A DNA stretch of 64,000 nucleotides from an uncultured Bacilli bacterium. Its GTDB lineage: Bacteria > Bacillota_I > Bacilli_A > RF39 > UBA660. The notes below the pieces were generated by a model. The model saw only the letters and a program-made list of their open reading frames with translations, did not search any database and was not told the DNA's origin. Both the position numbers and the translations under genes were made by a program. Shown here piece by piece: positions 47,931-58,874 of this stretch. The stretch's first letter is position 1, and every line of letters begins with the position of its first letter. The DNA lies in contig CANQYE010000001.1 of the NCBI GenBank assembly GCA_947627995.1, positions 8,889 to 72,888 of the forward strand, in the 5' to 3' direction.

Positions 47931-48182
47931 ATGAATAATAAATTTGTTATAAAAGATGAGTCTAATAAAGAAATTGAATGTGAATTACTTTTTACTTTTA
48001 AAGATACTAAAACAAATCGCGATTTTGTAGTGTTTAGATACAAAAAAGAAAATAATAAAGAATCAATAAGTGCAGGGATAGTTAATACTGATGGAGAAAC
48101 AATGGATATTACTTTAGTATCAAATGATGATGACTGGGATTTAGTTGATGAAAAATTAAAAGAAAAGTATGGTGATAAGTAA
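47931..48182 (+). CDS. DUF1292 (YrzB-like) small acidic protein
   Basis: 83 aa with an acidic C-terminus and a YrzB-like pattern. Confidence 0.5.
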   Translation: MNNKFVIKDESNKEIECELLFTFKDTKTNRDFVVFRYKKENNKESISAGIVNTDGETMDITLVSNDDDWDLVDEKLKEKYGDK

Positions 48183-49474
48183 TGGAAAAATTAGTTATTG
48201 AAAGAAGTAGCAAAGACAAATTAGGAGTTCATTTGAATGGAGAATATACTAATATCGAAAAGGATGTTGATGCTATTTTAAATCAAATAAAAAAAATTTA
48301 TGAAAAAGATCATTTAAATATTATGCAAATTGGCAAAGATTTGTATTTAACTAATGAAAAAATTTCGATTCAATTTAGTGATTTTGATGGAATTAGAAAA
48401 ATACCAAATTATACAGAACAATTAAAATTTATAACAGATGAGATAGATAAAAAATTCGTAATTGAAAATGGTACAATTAAAGAAGTTGAAACCGAAAAAC
48501 CTTTAAAAGCTGATAGAACTTATAATCCTCTTAAAGCTCAAGTGGTTTTAGGGGTATCTATAATTGCTATGTCAATTACAGCAGGAATATTTATAAAATC
48601 AAATGATAATATTGAAGAGTATAAAAGTAATATTAGATATAATAATAATTATGCGTATTCTAGTATTACCGATGAACAGATGGAAGCTAAAAAAATTTAT
48701 GATCAAAATAATAAAAGTGATTATGAAATTTTTCTTGATAATAAATTTTTAAATCAATATACTTGTTTTGATGATAAAAATCTTTCTATTGCAAATGATA
48801 ATACAAGTTTTGAAGCTGATGAAGAAAAATTTAATATAACAAAAAATAATTATGGAAATATTATTTCTAAATATTCACATATTTATGGTTTAGATGAGAA
48901 TATTATGTTAGCAATTGCTACTCAAGAAAGTGGTAAGCATACAGAGATTGAAAATAATGGTGGAATAGGTTTATTTCAAATTGATACTAAAACTTGGATT
49001 AATAAGGAAATTACTGCATATAATTTTGAAACGCAAACTTATGAAACAGAGTTTATAACCGAAGAAAAATTAAAAAATTTAGATTTTAATATTAAATTTG
49101 CTTGTATGTTTTTTCAAAATAATTTATATTATTCAAATAATAATATTCCAGTTTCTATTCAAATGTTTAATTATGGTATGGGGAATATGAATACTATATT
49201 TGATTATATGGCTAAAGAACAAAACTGTTCTATAATTGATTTTTATAATAATCCAATGAATTTATCTTGGCTAAATTATACTAACATTATTAATGGTGGC
49301 GATAAAGAACGAGGCGATGATGAATATTTAAAACATGTGTTAGCTTATATTGATAAAAATGAAATATTATCTTTTAAAGATAGTGATGGTAATGCTATAA
49401 CAATGCCTGTTTCATATATTAATGATGAAATAGAAAAATACCAAATAGGAGAAAATAAATCAATTAAATTATAA
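48182..49474 (+). CDS. Membrane-anchored protein with C-terminal lytic transglycosylase (SLT-like) domain
   Basis: LAIATQESGKH...GGIGLFQI matches the SLT catalytic Glu motif. One TM near residue 120. Confidence 0.55.
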   Translation: MEKLVIERSSKDKLGVHLNGEYTNIEKDVDAILNQIKKIYEKDHLNIMQIGKDLYLTNEKISIQFSDFDGIRKIPNYTEQLKFITDEIDKKFVIENGTIKEVETEKPLKADRTYNPLKAQVVLGVSIIAMSITAGIFIKSNDNIEEYKSNIRYNNNYAYSSITDEQMEAKKIYDQNNKSDYEIFLDNKFLNQYTCFDDKNLSIANDNTSFEADEEKFNITKNNYGNIISKYSHIYGLDENIMLAIATQESGKHTEIENNGGIGLFQIDTKTWINKEITAYNFETQTYETEFITEEKLKNLDFNIKFACMFFQNNLYYSNNNIPVSIQMFNYGMGNMNTIFDYMAKEQNCSIIDFYNNPMNLSWLNYTNIINGGDKERGDDEYLKHVLAYIDKNEILSFKDSDGNAITMPVSYINDEIEKYQIGENKSIKL

Positions 49475-49486
49475 AAATACTTGCAA

Positions 49487-49513
49487 AATACACCAATTTG
49501 GTGTATTCTTTTT
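49487..49513 (+). terminator. Rho-independent terminator
   Basis: AATACACC-aattt-GGTGTATT then T-run. Confidence 0.55.
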
Positions 49514-49535
49514 AAGTGCGAAAAGAGTGGTAAAA

Positions 49536-51347
49536 ATGAATAAAATAATTAATATTGCTGTCGTTGCTCATGTTGATGCTGGAAAATCAACCTTAGTTGA
49601 TGCTTTACTTAAACAAAATGGTGTTTTTAGAGAAAATGAAAATGTTGTTGATTGTGTAATGGATTCTAACACTTTAGAGCGTGAAAGAGGTATTACCATT
49701 ACTGCTAAGAACTGTGCAATTAATTATAAAGATTATAAAATAAATATTGTTGATACTCCTGGACATGCAGATTTTTCATCTGAAATTGAACGAATTATTA
49801 AAACTGTTGATAGCGTAGTTTTATTAGTCGATTCTGCTGAAGGTCCAATGCCACAAACCAGATTTGTATTAAAAGAAGCATTGAAAAATAATTTAAAACC
49901 AATACTCTTTATAAATAAAATAGATAAAAAAGATGCTAGACCTGAAGAAGTAGTTGATATGTGTTTTGATTTATTCTTGGAGTTAGGAGCAACTGATGAA
50001 CAATTAGATTTTAAAATAATATATGGAATTGCCAAAGAAGGTATAGCAGTAACTGATTTAAACGACAAAGGAAAAAATATTTCTCCTTTACTTGATACTA
50101 TAATTAATGAAGTAAAACCTTTTTCAGGTGATATAAACGATAATTTACAAATGCAAATATCTTCTTTAGATTATGATGATTATATTGGTCGACTTGGTAT
50201 TGGCCGCGTTAACAAAGGGATAGTAAAGTCAGGTGAAACAGTTTCTTTAATTAAAAATAATGGAGAAGTAACATCTTTTAGAATATCTAAACTTTTTGTA
50301 AATGAAGGAATTAAAAAAGTTGAAGTTAAAGAAGCATATTTTGGGGATATTGTTACGATTGCTGGTTGTAATGATATTTCTATAGGTGATACAATATGTA
50401 CAAAAGATGTTATCGAACCATTACCAAAAATTGAAATTGAAAAGCCAACCTTATCAATGAACTTTTTAGTAAATTCATCTCCCTTTGCTGGCAAATGTAA
50501 AAATTCTAAATTTTTAACATCACGTCATTTAAAGGATAGATTAGAACGAGAATTATGGACCAATGTTGGTTTAGAAGTTGAAGAATTAAAAGATAATGAT
50601 GGTTTTAAAGTTTCTGGAAGAGGAGAGCTTCATTTATCAATATTACTTGAAAATATGCGCCGCGAAGGATATGAATTAAATGTATCAAAACCTGAAGTTA
50701 TTTTTAAAGAAATAGATGGTAAAAAGTACGAGCCTTTTGAAAAAGTAATTATAAGTACGCCTTCGGATTATTCTGGGACTATTATTAGTGATTTAAATGA
50801 AAGAAAAGGAATTTTGGAATCTATAACTAACGAGGAAGATGGTTATGTTAGATTGGAATTTTCTTGCCCAACTAGAGGATTAATTGGTTATAGAAGTAGC
50901 TTTATTACTAATACAAAGGGTGAAGGTATAATGGTTAGAAGTTTTGATACTTATAAACCATATGCAGGCGAGATTTCACATCGAAAAAATGGTGTTCTAG
51001 TTTCAATGGTAAATGGAACAACTTTTGGTTATTCTTTATGGAATTTAGAAGATCGGGGAGAAATGTTAGTTGAACCTTCAACAGAGGTTTATATTGGAAT
51101 GATTATCGGTATACATAATAGAGATAATGATTTAGATGTTAATCCATGTAAAAATAAGCAGCTTACAAATACTCGTTCATCTGGTGCAGATGAGGCTATA
51201 TCACTGACTAAAGTAAGAACATTTACATTAGAAGAAGCACTGGAATTCATTGAAAATGATGAATATGTAGAAATAACACCAGATGCTATTAGATTGCGTA
51301 AAAAAGAATTAGATCCTAAAGAAAGGTATCGTCAAAATAGAAAATAA
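49536..51347 (+). CDS. typA: Translational GTPase TypA/BipA
   Basis: AHVDAGKST, DTPGHADF, NKID G-motifs. Length about 600 aa. Confidence 0.9.
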   Translation: MNKIINIAVVAHVDAGKSTLVDALLKQNGVFRENENVVDCVMDSNTLERERGITITAKNCAINYKDYKINIVDTPGHADFSSEIERIIKTVDSVVLLVDSAEGPMPQTRFVLKEALKNNLKPILFINKIDKKDARPEEVVDMCFDLFLELGATDEQLDFKIIYGIAKEGIAVTDLNDKGKNISPLLDTIINEVKPFSGDINDNLQMQISSLDYDDYIGRLGIGRVNKGIVKSGETVSLIKNNGEVTSFRISKLFVNEGIKKVEVKEAYFGDIVTIAGCNDISIGDTICTKDVIEPLPKIEIEKPTLSMNFLVNSSPFAGKCKNSKFLTSRHLKDRLERELWTNVGLEVEELKDNDGFKVSGRGELHLSILLENMRREGYELNVSKPEVIFKEIDGKKYEPFEKVIISTPSDYSGTIISDLNERKGILESITNEEDGYVRLEFSCPTRGLIGYRSSFITNTKGEGIMVRSFDTYKPYAGEISHRKNGVLVSMVNGTTFGYSLWNLEDRGEMLVEPSTEVYIGMIIGIHNRDNDLDVNPCKNKQLTNTRSSGADEAISLTKVRTFTLEEALEFIENDEYVEITPDAIRLRKKELDPKERYRQNRK

Positions 51348-51350
51348 AAA

Positions 51351-51382
51351 AAATTGTTAAATATTATTTTAACAATTTTTTT
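51351..51382. terminator. Bidirectional terminator between typA and the convergent hypothetical gene
   Basis: 11-bp stem AAATTGTTAAA-6 nt-TTTAACAATTT flanked by A- and T-runs. Confidence 0.6.
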
Positions 51383-52056
51383 CTATTATTTTTATTTAAA
51401 GAATCAATAAATTCACTATATTTTAATTCGTTAGAATATCTCATTTCATAATCATGATGTTGAATGTCTAAATTTACATCATTAAATGGTGGGAAATCTA
51501 TATAATCAGTTTCATAATAATAAACCCCTGATTTATAATATGAAGCTTGGTCAGTTGCTACAATTTTGTTCTTAACTGCTTGCTTTTTATCATTGACATA
51601 AATTTCAGTTTGTATATATGAACTGGTATAAGGACATGATACATTAAAAGTTTCTGAGTTAATTTCCTTTAAATAAATTAATTCATTATTATGATATGAT
51701 TTTAATGATAAATATCTTTTAATTCCTAAGTTCTCATCATATGTATCTAAAGCATATTTAGTGAATTTTGAATATGTAACTGTTATATTTTTATCATTAA
51801 ATTGCATGCTTCTATATTCACTTTCATTATTGCTAATATATTCTGTTGTAATAGAATCTTGATTAATTGATAAAATGAATATATCATTGTTTGAATATTG
51901 TATTAAACAACTATTTTTTGTTATTTTAGCTATTCGATTTGTTTCATTTATTTTATCTAATTTATTAAAAATATCATTTAATATTTCTTTATTAGGAATT
52001 AATTTACTTATTTTTCTTTTTAAATAATTAGATAATTTTTGTTTGTCTTTTGACAT
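51364..52056 (-). CDS. Hypothetical protein (230 aa)
   Basis: ORF only. Confidence 0.35.
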   Translation of the reverse strand: MSKDKQKLSNYLKRKISKLIPNKEILNDIFNKLDKINETNRIAKITKNSCLIQYSNNDIFILSINQDSITTEYISNNESEYRSMQFNDKNITVTYSKFTKYALDTYDENLGIKRYLSLKSYHNNELIYLKEINSETFNVSCPYTSSYIQTEIYVNDKKQAVKNKIVATDQASYYKSGVYYYETDYIDFPPFNDVNLDIQHHDYEMRYSNELKYSEFIDSLNKNNRKKLLK

Positions 52057-52092
52057 TAAAATCTCTCCTTCATTAAAAAATTATTGTAAAAT

Positions 52093-52917
52093 TTACAAAA
52101 TAAATAATGTAAATAATCCTATTATAATACAATAAATTGCAAATTTCCATAGTTTACCACGTTTTACTATATCAAAGAACCATTTAGAAGAAAAATAAGT
52201 AACTATCGTAGCTGCGATTAAACCAGCCAAATAAGATATTATTAAATTAGTAGAAATGCCTGCTTTAAATATATCTATTATGCTTAATAGTAAAGAAGCA
52301 ATACTAATTGGAAAATACAATATAAAACTAAATTTTATAGCTGTATCACGTTTAAAATCACGTAGTAAACATCCTACTAAAGTAGATCCACTTCTTGAAA
52401 GACCTGGTACAATCGCAAAAGCTTGTAAAATACCAATTATTAAAGAATCTTTAAATGAAATATCTTTATCTTCTTTTTTGCCTTTAATATTCTTTACTAC
52501 AAATAACGATAAGGCTGTGATTAAAAAAGCAATCCCAACTATTTTAACGTTATTTAAAGCCTTTTCTAAAGGATTTTTAAAAATTAATCCAATTATTCCA
52601 GCAGGAATTGTCGCAACTATAATCATTAGGCAATATTTAAAATTAGCTTTTATTTTTGGGCTGTTTTTACTTTCTGTATTAGTAAGATATTTAAAAAAAC
52701 TTGTAATTAATTCAATTATATCTTTTCTAAAAATAAATAAAATTGCTAAAAAAGAACCAAAATTAACAATAATTTCAAAATTAAGATCATTAAATATATT
52801 AGTATTAAATAAATTTCTAAAAACTAGCAAATGTCCACTAGAAGAAATAGGTAAAGGTTCTGTAAAGCCTTGAATAATACCTAAAAAAATATAAATTATT
52901 AAATTCAATTTTATCAC
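52093..52917 (-). CDS. uppP: Undecaprenyl-diphosphatase UppP/BacA
   Basis: GIIQGFTEPLPISSSGHL signature. Eight TM segments. Confidence 0.85.
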   Translation of the reverse strand: MIKLNLIIYIFLGIIQGFTEPLPISSSGHLLVFRNLFNTNIFNDLNFEIIVNFGSFLAILFIFRKDIIELITSFFKYLTNTESKNSPKIKANFKYCLMIIVATIPAGIIGLIFKNPLEKALNNVKIVGIAFLITALSLFVVKNIKGKKEDKDISFKDSLIIGILQAFAIVPGLSRSGSTLVGCLLRDFKRDTAIKFSFILYFPISIASLLLSIIDIFKAGISTNLIISYLAGLIAATIVTYFSSKWFFDIVKRGKLWKFAIYCIIIGLFTLFIL

Positions 52918-52976
52918 CTATTAAATTATATAATATTTTTCTAAAATAATAAATAAAATAAAATAAAGGAGTATCA

Positions 52977-53177
52977 ATGAAAAAAATATTGTTATTGATA
53001 TTAGGAATTTTTTTATCCAGTTTAGGATTATTTTTTACAATTTTATATATGACATTATTAAATAATGGGTATAGTTTTTTTGAATTTGTTAAATTTATTA
53101 TATGTAGATACGAGTGCTTATTATTGCCAATAGGTTTAATTTTTTTATTTATTTTATTTAGAAAGGAAAATATATGA
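52977..53177 (+). CDS. Small membrane protein (66 aa)
   Basis: ORF with two hydrophobic helices. Confidence 0.25.
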   Translation: MKKILLLILGIFLSSLGLFFTILYMTLLNNGYSFFEFVKFIICRYECLLLPIGLIFLFILFRKENI

Positions 53178-53827
53178 AATATATTTATGATATTGAACTT
53201 AATTTTTTTGATGATAAACTTTTAGAATTTTATGAGTGGGAAGAAAATGATTTATTAGATATTATTAAAAAAATACCTATATTTAAAGTATCACATCAAA
53301 CTTTGTATGACTTTATTTTATTCAATCCAATAGTAAATGAAGAATTTTTAGACTGTATATACAAAAAATGTGAAATTTATAATAAAAATAGTGTTGGTTT
53401 TATAGATTATGCAATAATTTTATGTGATGAAACTTCTGCTATAGCTGTTGAATTTAATTCGGATGGGAAAACAATTGCGAAAAGTAAATTACCAATTGAT
53501 AGTGAATTAAATGTTATTGAAATAGCAAATACTTATAAAGAAAGCAATATCATATATAAAAAAAATAAGATTAAAAATGTTATTAGAAAAGAGCTTAGAA
53601 AAGAAGAAAAAATAAAAAAGATTATAAAAACTGAAATAAAAAATTTATATGAAAAAAAGTTTTCTGAAAAATTAGAGTATATCTATTATGAATGGAAAAA
53701 TAAATATGAAGAAGATATTGAAAAAATTTATAAAGAGTTAATGGAAATAGTAGAAAAATGTGAATTAGATGAAAATGTAATTAAAATTTATAATTTAATT
53801 AATTTGTCTTATAAAAAAAATAGATAA
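53174..53827 (+). CDS. Hypothetical protein (217 aa)
   Basis: ORF only. K/E-rich C-terminal half. Confidence 0.35.
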   Translation: MKYIYDIELNFFDDKLLEFYEWEENDLLDIIKKIPIFKVSHQTLYDFILFNPIVNEEFLDCIYKKCEIYNKNSVGFIDYAIILCDETSAIAVEFNSDGKTIAKSKLPIDSELNVIEIANTYKESNIIYKKNKIKNVIRKELRKEEKIKKIIKTEIKNLYEKKFSEKLEYIYYEWKNKYEEDIEKIYKELMEIVEKCELDENVIKIYNLINLSYKKNR

Positions 53828-53907
53828 TTTGTTAATATAATTATTTTTTTTAACTTTTTTAATTTTTAAATTAATGATATACTACTTATTAGTAGGGGTG
53901 AAAATTA

Positions 53908-54495
53908 ATGAAGTTATATATTGACACACATTCTAAGATATTAACTATTGCTTTATTAAATAATGAAACATTAATTATAAAGAAAAATATAGATTGCGAT
54001 AATAAGTTAAGTACATTAACTATTAATTCAATAAAAAAAACTTTGGAAGAAATTAATGTAAATAAAAAAGATATTAAGGAAATTATTGTAGTTAATGGGC
54101 CTGGAAGTTTTACGGGAATTAGAATAGGGGTAACTATAGCAAAAACTTGGGCATTTTCGTTAAATATAAAGATTAAAGCAGTTGACTTTTTATATTTAAG
54201 TGCTCTTAGCGTAGATAGTTCTAATAAAAAGATAGTTAGTGTCAAGGATCCTAAAGGATATTATCTTGGATATTTTAATGAAGATAATATTAAACTAGAG
54301 GATTATGTTTATATTAAAGAAAAAGATTTAGAATCATATTTAAATACACACGAAGGACAATTTTATAATGAAATTGAAAATATCGATTTTTTAAAATTAA
54401 TTAAAAATATTGATAAAATAAAAAATGTTACTGCTCATGAAGTTAATCCATTATATATAAAAAAAATAGAGGTAGAAAATGGTAAGAGAAGCTAA
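53908..54495 (+). CDS. tsaB: tRNA t6A37 biosynthesis protein TsaB
   Basis: MKLYIDTHSKILTIALL...NGPGSFTGIRIG. Confidence 0.75.
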   Translation: MKLYIDTHSKILTIALLNNETLIIKKNIDCDNKLSTLTINSIKKTLEEINVNKKDIKEIIVVNGPGSFTGIRIGVTIAKTWAFSLNIKIKAVDFLYLSALSVDSSNKKIVSVKDPKGYYLGYFNEDNIKLEDYVYIKEKDLESYLNTHEGQFYNEIENIDFLKLIKNIDKIKNVTAHEVNPLYIKKIEVENGKRS

Positions 54496-54904
54496 TATTT
54501 ATGATATAAATTATATTAATGATTTGGGTTTGAAATTAAATAATAAATTTATAAAATTATTTAATATGAAAGAAATTTTAAAAGAAGAAATTTCCACTGT
54601 TTATGTTTATGAAGATAAAAATGAAATTAAAGGATTTTTACATATAACAAAATTATATGAAATAATTGATATAGTAAATATAGTGGTTGATGAAAATGTA
54701 AGAAATAAAGGAATAGGTACTATATTACTTGACTATTTATTTTCAGGATTAAATAAAGATATAAAATTAATAACTTTAGAAGTTGCGGTAGATAATAAAC
54801 CGGCAATAGCATTATATAAAAAATTTGGTTTTCAAATATATAATGAACGCAAGCACTATTATCGTAATAAGAATGCTTATGTAATGGGGAGACGTTTTGA
54901 ATGA
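54479..54904 (+). CDS. rimI: GNAT acetyltransferase, RimI-like
   Basis: GNAT motif A RNKGIGTILL. Sits between tsaB and tsaD. Confidence 0.65.
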   Translation: MVREANIYDINYINDLGLKLNNKFIKLFNMKEILKEEISTVYVYEDKNEIKGFLHITKLYEIIDIVNIVVDENVRNKGIGTILLDYLFSGLNKDIKLITLEVAVDNKPAIALYKKFGFQIYNERKHYYRNKNAYVMGRRFE

Positions 54905-55908
54905 AAGATATATTTATTTTAGGAATTGAAAGTTCATGCGATGAAACAAGCATGGCAATAATTAAAAACGGAAAAGAATGTGTTTCTTTAACGATTGCTA
55001 CTCAAATGGAAATACATGCGAAATATGGTGGAGTAGTTCCGGAAGTAGCATCAAGAATGCATACTGAAAGTATTACTTTAGTTTTAGAAGAAACATTAAA
55101 AAAAGCTAATATGAAGATCCAAGATCTTGATGCAATTGCAGTTACTTATGCACCTGGACTAGTTGGAAGTTTATTAATTGGTATTGAATGTGCTAAAACT
55201 TTAAGTTATTTGTTTGATATACCATTAATTAAAGTAAATCATATTGCTGGTCATATTTACGCTAATAATTTAACTAATCCTATAAATTACCCTAGTCTTG
55301 CTTTAATAGTTAGTGGCGGACATTCTGATTTAGTTATTATGAAAAAAGACTATGATTTCCAAGTTTTGGGAAAGACATTAGATGACGCAATTGGAGAAGC
55401 TTATGATAAAGTAGCTAGAGTTTTAGGTCTTAATTATCCTGGGGGTCCAAACGTAGAAAAACTCGCAAAAAAAGGGAAAAATTTTTATAACCTGCCTATA
55501 CCTCTTTTAGATGATGATAGTTATAATTTTTCATTTAGTGGGTTAAAAAGCAGTGTTATTAATTTAGTTAATAATTATAAAATGAAAAATATTAAAATAA
55601 ATAAATCTGATTTGGCATGTAGTTTTCAAACGGTAGCTATTAAAAGTATAATAAAAAAAGTTGAGTTGGCATTAAAAAATTATAATTTAAAAAATTTAAT
55701 TGTTGCTGGAGGAGTTTCAGCTAATTCATTTTTGCGAGAAGAATTAAATAATTTAGTAAAAAAATATGATGTTAATTTATCTGTTCCAGATATTATATAT
55801 TGTACAGATAATGCCGCTATGATTGGTGCTGCTGCTTATCCATTATTTTTGAAAAAAGAATTTTCTGATTTTTCATTAAATCCACAAAGTCGTTTGGAAA
55901 TTTTTTAA
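54901..55908 (+). CDS. tsaD: tRNA N6-adenosine threonylcarbamoyltransferase TsaD
   Basis: ILGIESSCDET. HIAGH metal site. GGVSAN. Confidence 0.9.
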   Translation: MKDIFILGIESSCDETSMAIIKNGKECVSLTIATQMEIHAKYGGVVPEVASRMHTESITLVLEETLKKANMKIQDLDAIAVTYAPGLVGSLLIGIECAKTLSYLFDIPLIKVNHIAGHIYANNLTNPINYPSLALIVSGGHSDLVIMKKDYDFQVLGKTLDDAIGEAYDKVARVLGLNYPGGPNVEKLAKKGKNFYNLPIPLLDDDSYNFSFSGLKSSVINLVNNYKMKNIKINKSDLACSFQTVAIKSIIKKVELALKNYNLKNLIVAGGVSANSFLREELNNLVKKYDVNLSVPDIIYCTDNAAMIGAAAYPLFLKKEFSDFSLNPQSRLEIF

Positions 55909-55960
55909 TATTGATAATATTTTAACTTTGATGTAGAATAGTTTATGATAGGTGATTTAG

Positions 55961-56560
55961 ATGAAAATTAAAAGATTGTTAGTTTTAATGATTATTATTG
56001 CTTTTATCTCAACTTTTAATATTTTTGTTTCACATAGCTATCTAACAACTATAATTAGTGGAACTGGTAATAATAATAAATTAACGACTAAAAGTGATTT
56101 TAATATAAGTTTTAATACAACTGATAATATATCAATGACTGATTCACCATTAATTTTGGATACAAAAAGAAAAAATTACGATAATATTACTAAGTTTGAT
56201 ATTGAGCTTAGTGATACGACGATTTCATCAGCTAAATTTAGTATATATTTAAATGAACTAACTTTAACTAATAATTATTTATCTAAATATGTTAAGTGGG
56301 AATTAGTTCCAATTTCTAATGGAGTTGAACAAACTGCTATAGCAAGTGGTAATTTTGCCAATTGTAATACATGCTCAGGCGGCAAATTAGTATTAAAATC
56401 AGATTTAACAATTTCTAAAGGATCAACTTTATCTTACGGCGTTCGAATTTGGCTAAGTGAGGATTCTTCAGCTAATACACTTACTAATAATCAAAACTCA
56501 CTAATGAATGGTTCATTAAGTGCTAAAGTTGGAATAGAAGCCCAATTTACTAAAAATTAG
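55961..56560 (+). CDS. Secreted hypothetical protein (signal peptide)
   Basis: N-terminal signal sequence. S/T/N-rich. Confidence 0.35.
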   Translation: MKIKRLLVLMIIIAFISTFNIFVSHSYLTTIISGTGNNNKLTTKSDFNISFNTTDNISMTDSPLILDTKRKNYDNITKFDIELSDTTISSAKFSIYLNELTLTNNYLSKYVKWELVPISNGVEQTAIASGNFANCNTCSGGKLVLKSDLTISKGSTLSYGVRIWLSEDSSANTLTNNQNSLMNGSLSAKVGIEAQFTKN

Positions 56561-56571
56561 GATGTGATTTA

Positions 56572-57324
56572 ATGGGTTTATTAATAACTGCATTAGCAGG
56601 TTTTTTCTTTGCAATTGGAGTAATAATTTCTTTTATTTTTAAAACTAATAAAAACATGTATGTTTTTTCTTTAACATTAGCATTAATGACTTTATTAGGT
56701 TTAATATTTTTTGATTTAATTCCTGAATTATTCGAATTAAAAAATCATATTTTTTATGGGAATAGTATTATAATATTAAGTATAATTATTGGATTTTTAT
56801 TACTTAAAATATTAGATGCTTTTATACCATCCCATAGTCATAAACACCGCGAAAAAAACGATAATCATAAAGAACATAATTTGCATTTACTTCATATTGG
56901 TTTTATTACTGCTATTTCATTATTTATACATAATTTTATTGAGGGAGCTTCGATTTATTCTGTATCGTTAGCTGATATTAAATCTTCGCTTATAATGACA
57001 TTAGGAGTTGGATTGCATAATATCCCTTTAGGAATTGAAATTTCTCAAACATTTAATAATTTTAAAAATAATAAAATTAAAAGTTTTACTTTACTTTTAT
57101 TGTTGATTATTTCAACTTTTTTAGGTGGATTTACTATTTTTTTATTTAATAATATTATTAATGAATTCGTAGTTGTAATTTTAATATCAATAACTTTAGG
57201 TATGACATTATATTTAATATTTGTAGAAATTCTTAAAGAATTATTTAATTATTCACTAACTAAACCAATATTTTATGGTATAATTATGGGGATGATTTTG
57301 ATAACATTGAGTTTATTTTTATAG
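56572..57324 (+). CDS. ZIP-family metal (zinc) transporter
   Basis: His-rich loop HSHKHREKNDNHKEHNLH. HNFIEGASI ZIP signature. Confidence 0.65.
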   Translation: MGLLITALAGFFFAIGVIISFIFKTNKNMYVFSLTLALMTLLGLIFFDLIPELFELKNHIFYGNSIIILSIIIGFLLLKILDAFIPSHSHKHREKNDNHKEHNLHLLHIGFITAISLFIHNFIEGASIYSVSLADIKSSLIMTLGVGLHNIPLGIEISQTFNNFKNNKIKSFTLLLLLIISTFLGGFTIFLFNNIINEFVVVILISITLGMTLYLIFVEILKELFNYSLTKPIFYGIIMGMILITLSLFL

Positions 57325-57333
57325 GAGGAGTTT

Positions 57334-58278
57334 ATGAAAAAAATTTTAGTTATTGGAGCGGGAGGTACAATTGGTTTACAAGTAATAAAATTTTTGTTAT
57401 CTGAAAGTAAATATGATATAACCGCATTTGATTTGAAAAATAAAAGAAATTTAAATATTTTTAAAAAATACCATAATAGAATTAATATAGTATATGGTGA
57501 TTTAAATTCACAAGAGCAAATTGAATTTTTGCTTCGTAATCAAGATGTCGTAATACATTTAAGTGGATTAATGCCGCCATTATCCACTTTAAATGAAAAG
57601 TTAAACAAAAAATTAAACTACGATGCTTCTGTGACTCTTATTGAGTCTATAAAAAAGATTAATCCTAAAATTCATTTACTTTATGCTTCTTCTAGCTTTA
57701 TTTATGGCAAACATGAAGAAAATGTAAGTGTAAAAACAAAAATAAAAGAAGAAAATTTGGATGCATTTTCTAAAAATTTATATAAAATTGAAACAATTAT
57801 AAAAAAAGATTTACAAAATTTTACTATTTTTAGATTACCTTTAGTCTTAACTGATAAACCTAATAAAAATATGTTTTATAATCTTGAAAAAGAAAGTAAA
57901 ATTGAATTTATTACTTTAGAAGATGCGGCATATGCCTTTGTATCTGCTGTAGATAATTTATCAAAAATTAATAAAAAAACATATAATGTTGGTGGTGGAG
58001 AAAAATGTGTTTGTACTTATCAAGAATTTTTAAATAAAATGTATAAATATTATGGCATCAATATTAAAATTATAAATGATAAGTTAATTAGCAGTAATCT
58101 ATTTTATCCTAATTATTTTAAAGATAGTTATATATTAAATGATATTTTAAATTTTCAAACTGATACAATTGATAGTTATTTTTCTAAATTAAAAAATAAA
58201 AATCGTAAAGTATGTATAACTATGTCAAAACCATTTATAAAGAGGGGCAAGAATGTTAAAAAAAATTCAAAAAAATAA
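57334..58278 (+). CDS. NAD-dependent epimerase/dehydratase-family protein
   Basis: Rossmann VIGAGGTIG N-terminus. Confidence 0.5.
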   Translation: MKKILVIGAGGTIGLQVIKFLLSESKYDITAFDLKNKRNLNIFKKYHNRINIVYGDLNSQEQIEFLLRNQDVVIHLSGLMPPLSTLNEKLNKKLNYDASVTLIESIKKINPKIHLLYASSSFIYGKHEENVSVKTKIKEENLDAFSKNLYKIETIIKKDLQNFTIFRLPLVLTDKPNKNMFYNLEKESKIEFITLEDAAYAFVSAVDNLSKINKKTYNVGGGEKCVCTYQEFLNKMYKYYGINIKIINDKLISSNLFYPNYFKDSYILNDILNFQTDTIDSYFSKLKNKNRKVCITMSKPFIKRGKNVKKNSKK

Positions 58279-58873
58279 AAAATTAATTTATCCTATTATT
58301 TTATTTGTATTTTTAATAATGCTTTTAACTTGTTTGGTATGTTTAAATCAAACACAAAATTTTGATGAAAATATTTTATTAACTATATCTACTTGGCGCA
58401 ATGAATCATTAACAAAGATTATGATTTTAGTATCAGAATTATCAGGGTATTTTTTTGTAACTTTTCTAACTATTTTTTTAAGTTTAGTTTTTTGGAAAAA
58501 AAGATATTATTTATATTTTTTAATTAATTCATTAGGGGTTATTATTGTGAATAATATTTTTAAATTATTAGTAAACCGAACAAGACCATTAATGTTTATG
58601 ATTATTGAAGAAAAAGGAAAAAGTTTTCCAAGCGGGCATGCAATGATAAGTTTAGCTTTTTTTGGCTTTTTAGGATATCTTTGCTATCAAAAATTTAATA
58701 ACAAATATTTAAAAGTATTTTCATTAATTTTTTCTTTTCTTTTGATTTTACTTGTGGGATTTTCTAGATTGTATTTAGGAGTTCATTATTTAACAGATGT
58801 CGTGACAGGTTACTTAGTTAGTGGTATAATACTTTTAATTGAATTAAATTATTTTTTCAAAGGAGGAAACTAA
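58253..58873 (+). CDS. PAP2-family phosphatase (BcrC/YbjG-like)
   Basis: KSFPSGHAM and SRLYLGVHYLTDV PAP2 motifs. Confidence 0.65.
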   Translation: MLKKIQKNKKLIYPIILFVFLIMLLTCLVCLNQTQNFDENILLTISTWRNESLTKIMILVSELSGYFFVTFLTIFLSLVFWKKRYYLYFLINSLGVIIVNNIFKLLVNRTRPLMFMIIEEKGKSFPSGHAMISLAFFGFLGYLCYQKFNNKYLKVFSLIFSFLLILLVGFSRLYLGVHYLTDVVTGYLVSGIILLIELNYFFKGGN

Positions 58874-58874
58874 T

